Source of the DNA: Tagaea sp.
GTDB taxonomy: Bacteria; Pseudomonadota; Alphaproteobacteria; CACIAM-22H2
Direction: 5' to 3'
DNA length: 64,000 nt
Assembly: GCA_965279525.1 (NCBI GenBank)
Contig: CBDIIB010000004.1
Coordinates: 1,056,001 to 1,120,000, forward strand
The notes beneath the pieces are model-generated. The model made no database searches. It saw only the letters and a list, made by a program, of their open reading frames with translations, and was not told the origin of the DNA. Shown here one piece after another: positions 53,362 through 62,653 of this stretch. A program made the position numbers and the translations under genes. Each line of letters opens with the position of its first letter. The first letter of the stretch is position 1.

Positions 53362-54306
53362 ATGCTGAAGCGTCCGTTCACTGGCGTGATCGCCGCCCCG
53401 TTGCTGCCCATGCACGACGACCAATCGGTCGACTGGACCACGCTCGAGCGCTACATGGACTGGATCGCCGGTCAGAACCCGGCCGCCATCGCGATGAACA
53501 TGGATGCCTCGGAAGTGATCTCGCTGACCGAGGACGAACAGTTCGAGGTCGTGCGCGTGTGCCGGGCCGGCATCGGCGGCCGCGTGCCCTTCCTGTCGGG
53601 TATCGTCGCGGGCTCGACGGCGGCCGCGGCTGCCAAGGCCGTGAAGCTGCGCGATGCCGGCGTGGAAGGCTTCGCGATCTTCCCGCCCTTCCCCACGTTC
53701 AGCGGCGCACCCGTGCCCGAGCAGATGATCGTGCGCTACCACCGCGCGATCGCCGACGCCTCGGGCCTGCCGATCATCTGCTTCCAGTTCCCCAAGAACT
53801 GGGGCCCGGACTACACGCCCGAGATCCTGCGCGCCATCGCCGAGATCCCGCAGCTCGTCGCGATCAAGGAATCCTCGTTCGACGTGACGCAGACACTGTC
53901 CACCATCAGCGGTGCTGCCAATCTGAAGCGGCCCATCGGCGTGCTGACGGGCAGCGACACCTTCATCTTCGAGGCGATGGTGATGGGCTGCGACGGCGCC
54001 CTGATCGGCTTCGGCGGCACGGCCACCGCCGAACTCGTCGCCATGCACGCGGCCGTGAAGCGCGGCGACATCTCGGCCGGCAAGGCGATCTGGGACCGGC
54101 TCGGCCCGCTCGCCCGCTGGTGCTGGCGCCCGCCGATCCGCGACTTCCGCCCGCGCATGAAGGAAGCGCTGAAGCTCCAGGGCATCTTCCCGTCGGCCAT
54201 GTGCCGCGAGCCGCAGCTTGGCGTCGACGATGCCGACCGGCGCGAGATCGCCGCGATCCTGAAGACGGCCGGCATGCTGGGAACGGGCATGCGCAAGGCC
54301 GGATGA
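53362..54306 (+). CDS. DapA/NAL family class I aldolase-fold protein with an atypical active site
   Basis: FTGVIAA, AIKES (Schiff-base Lys), LTGSD and GCDGALIG; RBS AAGGAG. Confidence 0.85.
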   Translation: MLKRPFTGVIAAPLLPMHDDQSVDWTTLERYMDWIAGQNPAAIAMNMDASEVISLTEDEQFEVVRVCRAGIGGRVPFLSGIVAGSTAAAAAKAVKLRDAGVEGFAIFPPFPTFSGAPVPEQMIVRYHRAIADASGLPIICFQFPKNWGPDYTPEILRAIAEIPQLVAIKESSFDVTQTLSTISGAANLKRPIGVLTGSDTFIFEAMVMGCDGALIGFGGTATAELVAMHAAVKRGDISAGKAIWDRLGPLARWCWRPPIRDFRPRMKEALKLQGIFPSAMCREPQLGVDDADRREIAAILKTAGMLGTGMRKAG

Positions 54307-54523
54307 GTTGACGGGTGTTGACGGGGCGTTGACCGTCAACACGCATCCCGTTGGAATTGCTCGATAGCCAGTTGACGGCGACCGGATCTGCTTGACCGTC
54401 AACCAAACTTTGCGCCCGGCCGCTCCGCTTCACGATGTCAAACAGCGCACGGCCGGATGGTCTCGGCCGATGCGAGGACTCTAATCTGGATCAGGACTAA
54501 ATACAACTATAAATACTTATGTA
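54307..54523 (-). repeat. Dispersed element copy 2: promoter, hairpin, boxA-like site and one GTTGAC/GTCAAC unit
   Basis: Reverse complement aligns by eye with 5046-5265; 30 of the first 31 nt are identical; six GTTGAC/GTCAAC hexamers. Confidence 0.85.
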
Positions 54524-54538
54524 GGATCTCGCACAGAT

Positions 54539-54635
54539 ACCCTCACCCCTGCCCTCTCCCGCAAGCGGGAGAGGGGGACGTCAGCATCGGTGTGATCCCC
54601 TCTCCCGCTTTGCGGGAGAGGGTTAGGGTGAGGGT
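54539..54635. repeat. REP-like palindrome doublet
   Basis: ACCCTCACCCCTGCCCTCTCCCGCAAGCGGGAGAGGG plus an inverted partner ending GGGAGAGGGTTAGGGTGAGGGT; homologous to 5404-5507. Confidence 0.85.
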
Positions 54636-54642
54636 GAACGCT

Positions 54643-55062
54643 CTAACGCGGTGCTGCAACCTGCGTCCGGAGCTTCGCAAGAAACGCGCGCTTGTCGCGT
54701 TTCGCCCACGTCGCGTAGCTCCACGCCCCTTGTGCCGCGACGAGCGTGCCGCTGCCGTCGTCGACATAGAGGATCGCGGACAACGTCTTCCCGCTGGCGA
54801 CGATCTCGACCTTCGTGCGCCGATAGCCGTCGCCTTCATAGGCGTCGAGCAGACGCCCGGCGGCGGCGGAAAGACCGCGTGCCAGCACGCCTTCCATCTC
54901 CGCTTTCGGATCGGGGCGCGCGATGGGAAAGGTCACGCCTTTGGCGGCGAAGCGCCGCCAGCCGGGCAGCGTGGCGGGTTCGACCGTTTCGGGCGCAAGC
55001 CGGCCCAGCACGGCCCGGCGCACGTCCGGGTCGATCAGGGTGCCGTAGAAGAAGAAACGCAT
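54643..55062 (-). CDS. Gamma-glutamylcyclotransferase (AIG2-like) family protein
   Basis: FFFYGTL and LDAYEG..Y.R. Confidence 0.85.
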   Translation of the reverse strand: MRFFFYGTLIDPDVRRAVLGRLAPETVEPATLPGWRRFAAKGVTFPIARPDPKAEMEGVLARGLSAAAGRLLDAYEGDGYRRTKVEIVASGKTLSAILYVDDGSGTLVAAQGAWSYATWAKRDKRAFLAKLRTQVAAPR

Positions 55063-56462
55063 CAGTGCCCGGATGCTGCGTCTTCGGGCAGGGCCACGCC
55101 CGACTTGCCGAGCTGTGCTTCGAGATCGCGCGTGAGCCTTGCAAGGGCCGCCTCGCTCTTCGCCTCGCAGCGTGCCACGAGCACGTCCTGCGTGTTCGAC
55201 GCGCGCAGCAGCCACCAGCCGTCGGCGGTGTTGACGCGCACGCCGTCGACGTCGCTGAACGTCGCCCCGGCGGCTTTCAGGCGGGCCGCCACTTCGTCGA
55301 CCACGCCGCGCTTGCGCGTGTCGGCGCACGGGAAGCGCAGCTCGGGCGTGTTGACCACGGCCGGCATGCGGTCGCGGAACTGGGCGAGCGTCGTCGGGCC
55401 CGTCGACAGGATCTTGAGCAGGCGCAGGCCTGCATACATCGCGTCGTCGAAACCGTACCAGCCGTCGGCGAAGAAGATGTGGCCCGACATCTCGCCCGCG
55501 AGCGGGGCCACCGTCTCGACCATCTTGGTCTTGATGATCGAATGGCCGGTCTTCCACATCAACGGCTTGCCGCCCATGCGGGCGATCTCGTCGAACAGCA
55601 CCTGGCTTGCCTTGACGTCGGCGATGATCGTCGAGCCCGGCAGGCGGGCGAGGATCTCGGACGCGAGCACGGCGATCAGCTGGTCGCCCCACAGGATGCG
55701 GGCCTGCCCGTCGACCACGCCGATGCGGTCGCCGTCGCCGTCGAACGCGATGCCGAGATCGGCCTTCTCGCGCAGCACCGCTTCCTGGAGCTGGACGAGA
55801 TTCTTGGCGACCGTCGGATCGGGATGGTGGGCCGGGAAATTGCCGTCGATCTTCTCGTTGAGCAGGATGTGCCGGCCCGGCAGGCGCTTGGCCACCGCGA
55901 CGAGCACGTCGCCCATCGAGCCGTTCCCGGCATCCCACACGACGGTGAGCGGGCGCGCATCCTTGGGATAGTCGCGCAGCAGGCGGTCGATATAGGCGGC
56001 CACGACCGCGATGTCCGAGACATTGCCCGTGCCGGTGGCGACGCTGCCTTCGGCCGTGCGCTTGCCCATCGCCTGGATGTCGGCCCCCCAGAACGACGCC
56101 TTGGCGAGCATCATCTTGAAGCCGTTGTAATCCGACGGATTGTGCGAGCCGGTGATCATCACGCCGCCGTCGAGATGGTTCTCGCGCACGGCGTAGTAAA
56201 GCTGCGGCGTGGGGCCGAGCCCGCTGCGCAGCACCTCAAGTCCGCAATCGGCAAGCCCGGCCACGACCTTGGCCGCCATCGCCGGCGACGAATGCCGCCC
56301 GTCCCAACCCACCGCCACGCGCTTGCCGCCCTTGTCGACAAGGGCCGAGCCGAAGCCGCGGCCGATCGCGTAGGCGTCGGCCTCGTGCAGCGTCTTGCCG
56401 ACGATGCCGCGCACGTCGTATTCGCGCAGGATCGTCGCCTCGAAGGCGTGGCGGAAGCTCAT
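55062..56462 (-). CDS. Phosphomannomutase/phosphoglucomutase
   Basis: REYDVRG, ITGSHNP, FDGDGDR, GEMSGH and LRASNT. Confidence 0.93.
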   Translation of the reverse strand: MSFRHAFEATILREYDVRGIVGKTLHEADAYAIGRGFGSALVDKGGKRVAVGWDGRHSSPAMAAKVVAGLADCGLEVLRSGLGPTPQLYYAVRENHLDGGVMITGSHNPSDYNGFKMMLAKASFWGADIQAMGKRTAEGSVATGTGNVSDIAVVAAYIDRLLRDYPKDARPLTVVWDAGNGSMGDVLVAVAKRLPGRHILLNEKIDGNFPAHHPDPTVAKNLVQLQEAVLREKADLGIAFDGDGDRIGVVDGQARILWGDQLIAVLASEILARLPGSTIIADVKASQVLFDEIARMGGKPLMWKTGHSIIKTKMVETVAPLAGEMSGHIFFADGWYGFDDAMYAGLRLLKILSTGPTTLAQFRDRMPAVVNTPELRFPCADTRKRGVVDEVAARLKAAGATFSDVDGVRVNTADGWWLLRASNTQDVLVARCEAKSEAALARLTRDLEAQLGKSGVALPEDAASGH

Positions 56463-57793
56463 TCGCTGGTCCCCGTCCCCTTCGCGGTGCGCGGACGGCC
56501 GATCGAATGGTAGTCGAACCCGGCCGCCGCCATGTCGGCCGGCGAATAGACGTTGCGCAGATCGACGATGACCGGCGTCTTCATCAGCTTCTTGACGCGG
56601 TCGAGCTGCAGCGACCGGAACTGGTTCCATTCGGTGACGATGACCAGCGCGTCGGCGCCCGCCATCGTGGCGTAGGCGTCGGCCGCCAGTTCCACGCCCG
56701 GCAGCATGTGCTTGGCCTCGTGCATGCCTTCCGGGTCGTAGGCGACGACGCGCGCACCGGCGGCCTGCAGGGCCGGCAGGATGTCGAGCGACGGGCTATC
56801 GCGCATGTCGTCGGTGTTCGGCTTGAACGTGAGGCCGAGCACGGCGACCGTCTTGCCCTTGACCGAACCGCCGCACGCGGCGACGACCTTGTCGGCCATG
56901 CTCTTCTTGCGCTTGTCGTTGATGTCGACGACCGTCTCGATGATGCGCAAGGGCGCACCATAGTCCTGTGCCGTCTTGACCAGGGCCAGCGTGTCCTTCG
57001 GGAAGCACGAGCCGCCATAGCCGGGGCCGGGATGCAGGAACTTCTTGCCGATGCGCCCGTCGAGGCCGATGCCCTTGGCGACGTCGTGCACGTCGGCACC
57101 CACCTTCTCGCACAGGTCGGCGATCTCGTTGATGAACGTGATCTTGGCGGCAAGGAACGTGTTGGCCGCGTACTTGATGAGCTCGGACGTCTCCAGCGAC
57201 GTGAAGACGATGGGCGTCTCGATGAGATACAGCGGGCGGTAGAGCTGGCGCATCACTTCGCGCGCGCGCTCGCTCTCGCAGCCGATGACCACGCGGTCGG
57301 GCCGCATGAAGTCGCCGATCGCGGCACCCTCGCGCAGGAACTCCGGGTTCGAGGCCACGTCGAACTTGGCGTCGGGGCGCACGGCGCGGATGCGGCGCGC
57401 GACTTCGCGACCCGTTCCCACCGGAACGGTCGACTTGGTGACGACGACGGCGTAGCCCGTCAGCGCGCGGCCGATTTCCTCTGCGGCGGCATAGACGTAG
57501 GAAAGATCGGCGTGCCCGTCGCCGCGGCGCGACGGCGTTCCGACGGCGATGAACACCGCGTCGGCACCCGGCACGGCTTCGGCGAGGTTCGTCGTGAAGC
57601 TGAGGCGCCCGGCCTTGACGTTCGTCTCGACCAGCTTGTCGAGGCCCGGCTCGAAGATCGGGATGCCGCCCGCCTTCAGGCGCGCGATCTTGGCTTCGTC
57701 CTTGTCGACGCACACGACATCGACGCCGAATTCCGAGAAACAGGCCCCGGTCACCAGACCCACGTAGCCGGTGCCGACCATGACGATACGCAT
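56459..57793 (-). CDS. ugd: UDP-glucose 6-dehydrogenase
   Basis: GTGYVG, KSTVPVGT, NPEFLREG and GYGGSCFPKD. Confidence 0.93.
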   Translation of the reverse strand: MRIVMVGTGYVGLVTGACFSEFGVDVVCVDKDEAKIARLKAGGIPIFEPGLDKLVETNVKAGRLSFTTNLAEAVPGADAVFIAVGTPSRRGDGHADLSYVYAAAEEIGRALTGYAVVVTKSTVPVGTGREVARRIRAVRPDAKFDVASNPEFLREGAAIGDFMRPDRVVIGCESERAREVMRQLYRPLYLIETPIVFTSLETSELIKYAANTFLAAKITFINEIADLCEKVGADVHDVAKGIGLDGRIGKKFLHPGPGYGGSCFPKDTLALVKTAQDYGAPLRIIETVVDINDKRKKSMADKVVAACGGSVKGKTVAVLGLTFKPNTDDMRDSPSLDILPALQAAGARVVAYDPEGMHEAKHMLPGVELAADAYATMAGADALVIVTEWNQFRSLQLDRVKKLMKTPVIVDLRNVYSPADMAAAGFDYHSIGRPRTAKGTGTSE

Positions 57794-57979
57794 CGTTCAA
57801 ATCCTCGCGACGAACCCTGGACCTTCGCGCGCACAACGCCGCGCCGGTGCGTCCCATTCCCCTCAAGGAAGGACGCGGCGCTGGGTACCAAGACAGCGCC
57901 CGGAAGTCGAGAGATTCGACGCCCGCACGACAATAAGCCTTTGAAATGCCTTAATTCACGCCCGACGGTCGCCCGGCGT

Positions 57980-58849
57980 TCAGGCGTACCGCTTCACGAC
58001 GGCCTTGGCGGCGGCACCGAGGTCGGCCCGGTCGAGCGCGAAGGCGATCTGGGCTTCGAAAAAGCCGATCTTGTCGCCGCAGTCGAAACGCTGGCCCTCG
58101 AAGCGGAAGCCGTGGAACGGGCTGGTGCCGATCATCGGGATCAGGGAGTCGGTGAGCTGGATCTCGCCGCCCGCCCCCTTGGTCTTGCGATCGAGGAAGC
58201 CGAACACGGCCGGCTCGAGGATGTAGCGGCCGATGACCGCAAGCGTCGAAGGGGCCGCTTCGGGCTTGGGCTTCTCGACGAGGCCCTTCACCTGCACCAG
58301 CCGCCCGTCATCCTTGCCCGGCGACAGGATGCCATAGCGCTGCGTGTGCTCCTTGGCGACGTCCATCACCGCGACCATGTTGCCGCGTACTTCGGGATAG
58401 ATGTCGCACATCTGCTTCAGGGCCGGCGTCTTGGCGAGAATGAGGTCGTCGGCCAGAAGCACCGCGAACGGCTCGTCACCGACCAGATCGCGCGCGCACC
58501 ACACCGCATGCCCCAGCCCCAGCGGAACCTGCTGGCGGGTATAGGCGACGTCGCCGGCCGGCGGCAGCCAGGCGCGCAGCGCTTCGAGCTCGGCAGTCTT
58601 GCCGCGGCTTTCCAGCGTGTGCTCGAGCTCGTAGGAATGGTCGAAATGGTCCTCGATCGTCGTCTTGCCGCGCCCGGTGACGAAGATGAATTCCTCGATG
58701 CCCGCCGCGCGCGCTTCTTCGACCGCGTACTGGATCAGCGGCTTGTCGACGACCGGCAGCATCTCCTTGGGCATCGCCTTGGTGGCGGGAAGGAAACGGG
58801 TGCCGAGACCGCCGACGGGGAAGATGGCCTTGCGTACGCGGAGCTTCAT
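57980..58849 (-). CDS. galU: UTP--glucose-1-phosphate uridylyltransferase
   Basis: GLGTRFLPATKAMPKEML, LGLGHAV, VEKP and GGEIQLTD. Confidence 0.95.
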   Translation of the reverse strand: MKLRVRKAIFPVGGLGTRFLPATKAMPKEMLPVVDKPLIQYAVEEARAAGIEEFIFVTGRGKTTIEDHFDHSYELEHTLESRGKTAELEALRAWLPPAGDVAYTRQQVPLGLGHAVWCARDLVGDEPFAVLLADDLILAKTPALKQMCDIYPEVRGNMVAVMDVAKEHTQRYGILSPGKDDGRLVQVKGLVEKPKPEAAPSTLAVIGRYILEPAVFGFLDRKTKGAGGEIQLTDSLIPMIGTSPFHGFRFEGQRFDCGDKIGFFEAQIAFALDRADLGAAAKAVVKRYA

Positions 58850-58945
58850 GGGTCGAGGTTCCCGGAAGGGTGTTGTGTCCGCTGCCATAACGCGCGGACC
58901 GAGGGGCTAATGCCATAGCCGGCCCCTCGGGGCAAGTTCACCCCC

Positions 58946-59644
58946 CTATTCGCCCAGCAGGATCCGCTTGGCCTCGTTGATCTTGGCGGCGAGGTAATCC
59001 GAGCCGCCATGGTCGGGATGCACCTTCAGCATCAGGCGGCGGTGGGCCGCCTTGACCGTGTCGATATCGGCCGTTTCGGGCACGCCGAGCAGGCGTGCGG
59101 CTTCCGCGCGGTCCATCGGGCCGGCCGAAGGCGCGGGGCCGGGGCCGGCGGAGGCACCGCGCCAGTCGGGATGCGTGCGGTCGAGATAGGCCTCCAGCAG
59201 CTGGCCCGCGTCCGGGTCGGCGAGCCGGCATTCGGCGAGCAGGGCCAGAAGCGAGGCCGCGTCCAATTCGGACAGCCGGCGGCCCTTGTAGGTCCCCTCG
59301 CGCACCAGCCCGTCCATGGCGCCGGTCGCGTGGTCGAGGCGCATGGCGAGCCACGCGGTCTCGACGTCGGAGCCTTCCTCGCCGGGTTCCGCCGATTTCG
59401 CCCGGCCGATGCGCCACGAATTGAACAGGCGGGCGAGCTGCGGCATGAAGAACGTGCCCAGTGCCAGCACGCTCCACAGCCGCCCGGTCACCATCAGCCA
59501 GAGCGCGCCGACGGCACCAAGCCCCGCACCGGCGATCTTGGCGCCCGCGATGATCTTCTTGGGCGGCGTTTCGGCCAATCCCTTCAGCAGCGCCCAGACG
59601 ACGAACGCGATCGCCACGCCGCCGATCATGTAGAGGAAGAACAT
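58946..59644 (-). CDS. Membrane protein with a C-terminal DnaJ-like domain
   Basis: N-terminal hydrophobic segments; AHRRLMLKVHPDHGGSDYLAAKINEAK. Confidence 0.85.
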   Translation of the reverse strand: MFFLYMIGGVAIAFVVWALLKGLAETPPKKIIAGAKIAGAGLGAVGALWLMVTGRLWSVLALGTFFMPQLARLFNSWRIGRAKSAEPGEEGSDVETAWLAMRLDHATGAMDGLVREGTYKGRRLSELDAASLLALLAECRLADPDAGQLLEAYLDRTHPDWRGASAGPGPAPSAGPMDRAEAARLLGVPETADIDTVKAAHRRLMLKVHPDHGGSDYLAAKINEAKRILLGE

Positions 59645-59648
59645 CGCG

Positions 59649-60353
59649 CTATTTCACCTGTGCCAGCAGCAAGCGGGCGGAAGCCCCGCGCAGCTTGGTG
59701 AAATCGGCAAGGGCGGCACGCCCGCCGGCCGCGAAGGCGGCGGCCGCCGCGAGCAGTTCCTTCAGCATGTCGGCCGAGCTTGCGTCGAACGGGCAATAGG
59801 CACCACCCGACAGGCGTGCCACGGCTTCCAGCGCCGCGCGCGCGACCGGCTCGCCGCCTTCGTGGAAGACGAAGACCGGCACGCCGGCAAGGCCGAGCTG
59901 GCCCGCAAGCCCGGCAAGCGTGTCGGCACTCTCCTCGACCGCGTCACCGATGAAGACGACGGCGTTCACTTTGCGCCGCTTGGTCTCGGCGAGCGAATGG
60001 CGCAGCACGTTGGCGATCTGGGTTTCGCCCGAAGCGCAGCGCACGCGGCCCATGCGCTCGACCAGCTCCGCTCCGCTCGACACGAACGGCGAAGCGACGA
60101 AATCGACGAGGCCGCCGTAATGGACGAGCTGGATCTCGATCCCGCCCAGATCGCGCGTGGCGAGGAACATCTCGCCCTGGATGCGCGCGGCCCGCTCCCA
60201 GCTCGGCTCGCGGCTGGCAGTCGCGTCCATCGCGAAGATGAGCCGGCCGCGCCGCGCTGACGCCGCGACGGGAACGGGCAGCGACTTCGCCTTCGCAAGG
60301 AAGGCCGCGACGTCGGATCGCGCGGATTTGGCGGGTACGTTGCGGTCGGACAT
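59649..60353 (-). CDS. VWA domain protein
   Basis: MIDAS-like FAMDATASR, GETQI and VFIGDAVEE. Confidence 0.8.
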   Translation of the reverse strand: MSDRNVPAKSARSDVAAFLAKAKSLPVPVAASARRGRLIFAMDATASREPSWERAARIQGEMFLATRDLGGIEIQLVHYGGLVDFVASPFVSSGAELVERMGRVRCASGETQIANVLRHSLAETKRRKVNAVVFIGDAVEESADTLAGLAGQLGLAGVPVFVFHEGGEPVARAALEAVARLSGGAYCPFDASSADMLKELLAAAAAFAAGGRAALADFTKLRGASARLLLAQVK

Positions 60354-60386
60354 GCCCCTAGAGATAGGCGTCCGCGCGCCCCGGCG

Positions 60387-61304
60387 CTAGGGGGACGGGG
60401 CGGCCTGCGGCAGGGCCGTGGGAACGGCCGCCGGGACGGGTGCTTCGCGCAGGCCGATCGCGTGGATCATGCCGCGCACTTCCTGGCGCCCGGCGACGTG
60501 GCTCATGGTCAGCGGCGTGCTGATGCCGCGCTCGCGCAGGTCGAGCAGCGTGAGGCCCGAGAGGAACAACTCGCGGAACACGACCCGGTCGCCCAGCCCG
60601 ACCGCCTGGCGGAAGCCGAAGCGGCGCGAAAGCGCGTCGAGGGCGGACCCCATGTTGCGCTTGTTGCGCGCGTCGACCGCGTGCAGGCGGTTGCGCACGA
60701 CGATCCAGTCGATCGACTCGCCGTTGCGCTTCGCGCGCACCTTGCGCTGCTCCCACACCATCGCGCTATAGGCCGACGGACAGATGATCTTCAGCGTCAC
60801 CGGCTCCACCTTCGCGATGAGGTCGAGATCGATGAAGCTGTCGTTCATCGGCGTGACCAGCGTGTCGGCATAGGAATGGGCGACCCTGCTCAGCGTCTGG
60901 TCGGAACCCGGCGTGTCGATGACGATCGCCTCGCAGCGTGCCGAAAGCTCGCCGATCGCCGTCTCGATGCGCGCGGTCTCGTCGGCGATCCCGTCCTCGC
61001 CCAGCGACTTCGAGCGCGGGATCAGCCGGTGGTCGGGCATCGGCAGCGGGAGCTTCAGCTTCTCCATCGTCTGGGCGCGGTTCTCGAGATAGCGGGTCAG
61101 CGTCGCCTGGCGGGAGTCGACGTCGATCGAGCCGACGCGCACGCCCTCGCGCAGCAGGCCCACGACGAGGTGCATGGCGACGGTGGACTTGCCCGACCCG
61201 CCCTTTTCGTTGCCCAGCACGATCACGCGCGCCCGCCGCCGTTCAGGGGCAAGCGGCGGCGATTCCTGCAAAATTTCCGATATGGAGCCCGAATCGGCGG
61301 TCAT
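60387..61304 (-). CDS. mipZ: Division plane positioning ATPase
   Basis: GNEKGGSGKST, IDTPG, TPMNDSFIDLD, WIVVRNR and RVVFRELFLSGLTLLD. Confidence 0.92.
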   Translation of the reverse strand: MTADSGSISEILQESPPLAPERRRARVIVLGNEKGGSGKSTVAMHLVVGLLREGVRVGSIDVDSRQATLTRYLENRAQTMEKLKLPLPMPDHRLIPRSKSLGEDGIADETARIETAIGELSARCEAIVIDTPGSDQTLSRVAHSYADTLVTPMNDSFIDLDLIAKVEPVTLKIICPSAYSAMVWEQRKVRAKRNGESIDWIVVRNRLHAVDARNKRNMGSALDALSRRFGFRQAVGLGDRVVFRELFLSGLTLLDLRERGISTPLTMSHVAGRQEVRGMIHAIGLREAPVPAAVPTALPQAAPSP

Positions 61305-61350
61305 AACTCTAGTCTACCGTGTTCCGACGGGTTTAATCTTGCCCACGTAA

Positions 61351-62613
61351 ATGGCAGATCAAGAACCCACGAATGGCGGGGCCCTGTCGCCCGGCGCCAT
61401 GAAGCTCAAATGGCTGGCCGACCGCCACAGCGCCTTCCTGTTCGGAAGGCCCGGCGGCCAGCGCGCCGATTCGCGCAAGCAGAATTTCCGGGGTGCCGTG
61501 CTCGACGGCGGGAACCTGTCGTCCGCGATCCTGTCGGGCTGCATTTTCGCGGAAGGCCGGCTGCCGGACTGCGACATGTCGATGGCCGACCTGTTCGCCG
61601 CCGACTTCTCGGGCTGCGACCTGTCGCGCACGTCCTTCCGCAAGGCCGACCTTCGCGCGGCGAGCTTCATCCACGCGAAGATGCGCGGCTGCGACCTGTC
61701 GGGTGCCGACCTGCGGCCGGGCCAGATCATCGACTGGGCGAGCCTGAATTCCGAGACCAAGGAAGTGACCGCGAGCTTCGAATCCGCCGATCTCGAGAAC
61801 GCGCGGATGGGGGCTTCGGATCTCTCCTTCGTCAATTTCGAGAATGCCTCGCTGAAGGGCGCACAGCTCGCCGGCGCCACGCTGTTCGCGGCCAACCTGC
61901 GCGGGGCCGATCTGGTCGGCGCCAAGTTCGACGGCGCCAAGCTCAAGGGCGCACAGCTCGCCGGCGCCAAGCTCAACGGGGCCTCGTTCCGCAACGCCGA
62001 CCTTGCGGGCGTCGACCTGCGCGGCGTCGACATGAACAACGTCCAGATGGGCGGTGCCAGGCTCGAAGGCACCATCTATGCGAACCCGCCGCCCGGCGAG
62101 AAGCTGCCCGACGACCTGAAGCCGATCGTCGACCTGCACCGGCAGTGGGCCGACACGGGCGGGCGCGAAGGCGTGCGCGCGGACTTCGCGGGCCGCGACC
62201 TGACCGGGACCGATTTCGGCGGCTGCGATCTTTCCGGCGCGCGCTTCGACGGTGCCGTCCTCAGCCGCGCGCGTTTCGTCGCCGCGTCGCTGCGCCTGGC
62301 GAGCCTGCTGTCGGTCAGCGCCGAGCGCTGCGATTTCGCCGACGCCGACCTGTCGGGCGCCATGATGCTGGGCGCACGTCTCGAAGGGGCGTCCCTCGTC
62401 GGCGTCGTCGCACGTCCGATGGAGATGCGCCGCCACGACGGCTCGCCCGCCGGCAAGCGCACGCCGACGAGCTTTGCCAACGCCTCGCTGGTGGGTGCCG
62501 ACCTGCGTGCGGCCGACCTGCGCGCCGCCAACTTCAGCGGGGCTGACCTGCGCGGCGCCAACCTTGCCGGCGCCTTCCTTGCCAATGCCGACCTGACCGG
62601 GACGCGGCGCTAG
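61351..62613 (+). CDS. Pentapeptide repeat protein
   Basis: Extensive A(D/N)L-type repeats, with internal HSAFLFGRPGGQRA and HRQWADTGGREGVRA caps. Confidence 0.9.
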   Translation: MADQEPTNGGALSPGAMKLKWLADRHSAFLFGRPGGQRADSRKQNFRGAVLDGGNLSSAILSGCIFAEGRLPDCDMSMADLFAADFSGCDLSRTSFRKADLRAASFIHAKMRGCDLSGADLRPGQIIDWASLNSETKEVTASFESADLENARMGASDLSFVNFENASLKGAQLAGATLFAANLRGADLVGAKFDGAKLKGAQLAGAKLNGASFRNADLAGVDLRGVDMNNVQMGGARLEGTIYANPPPGEKLPDDLKPIVDLHRQWADTGGREGVRADFAGRDLTGTDFGGCDLSGARFDGAVLSRARFVAASLRLASLLSVSAERCDFADADLSGAMMLGARLEGASLVGVVARPMEMRRHDGSPAGKRTPTSFANASLVGADLRAADLRAANFSGADLRGANLAGAFLANADLTGTRR

Positions 62614-62653
62614 AATCCGCGAACAACGAGACCACCTGGGGGGATCACCGCCC

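Noticed and set aside
61855-61969. 25-bp direct repeat inside the pentapeptide gene
   Set aside because: Explained by the protein's own repeat (KGAQLAGA twice).
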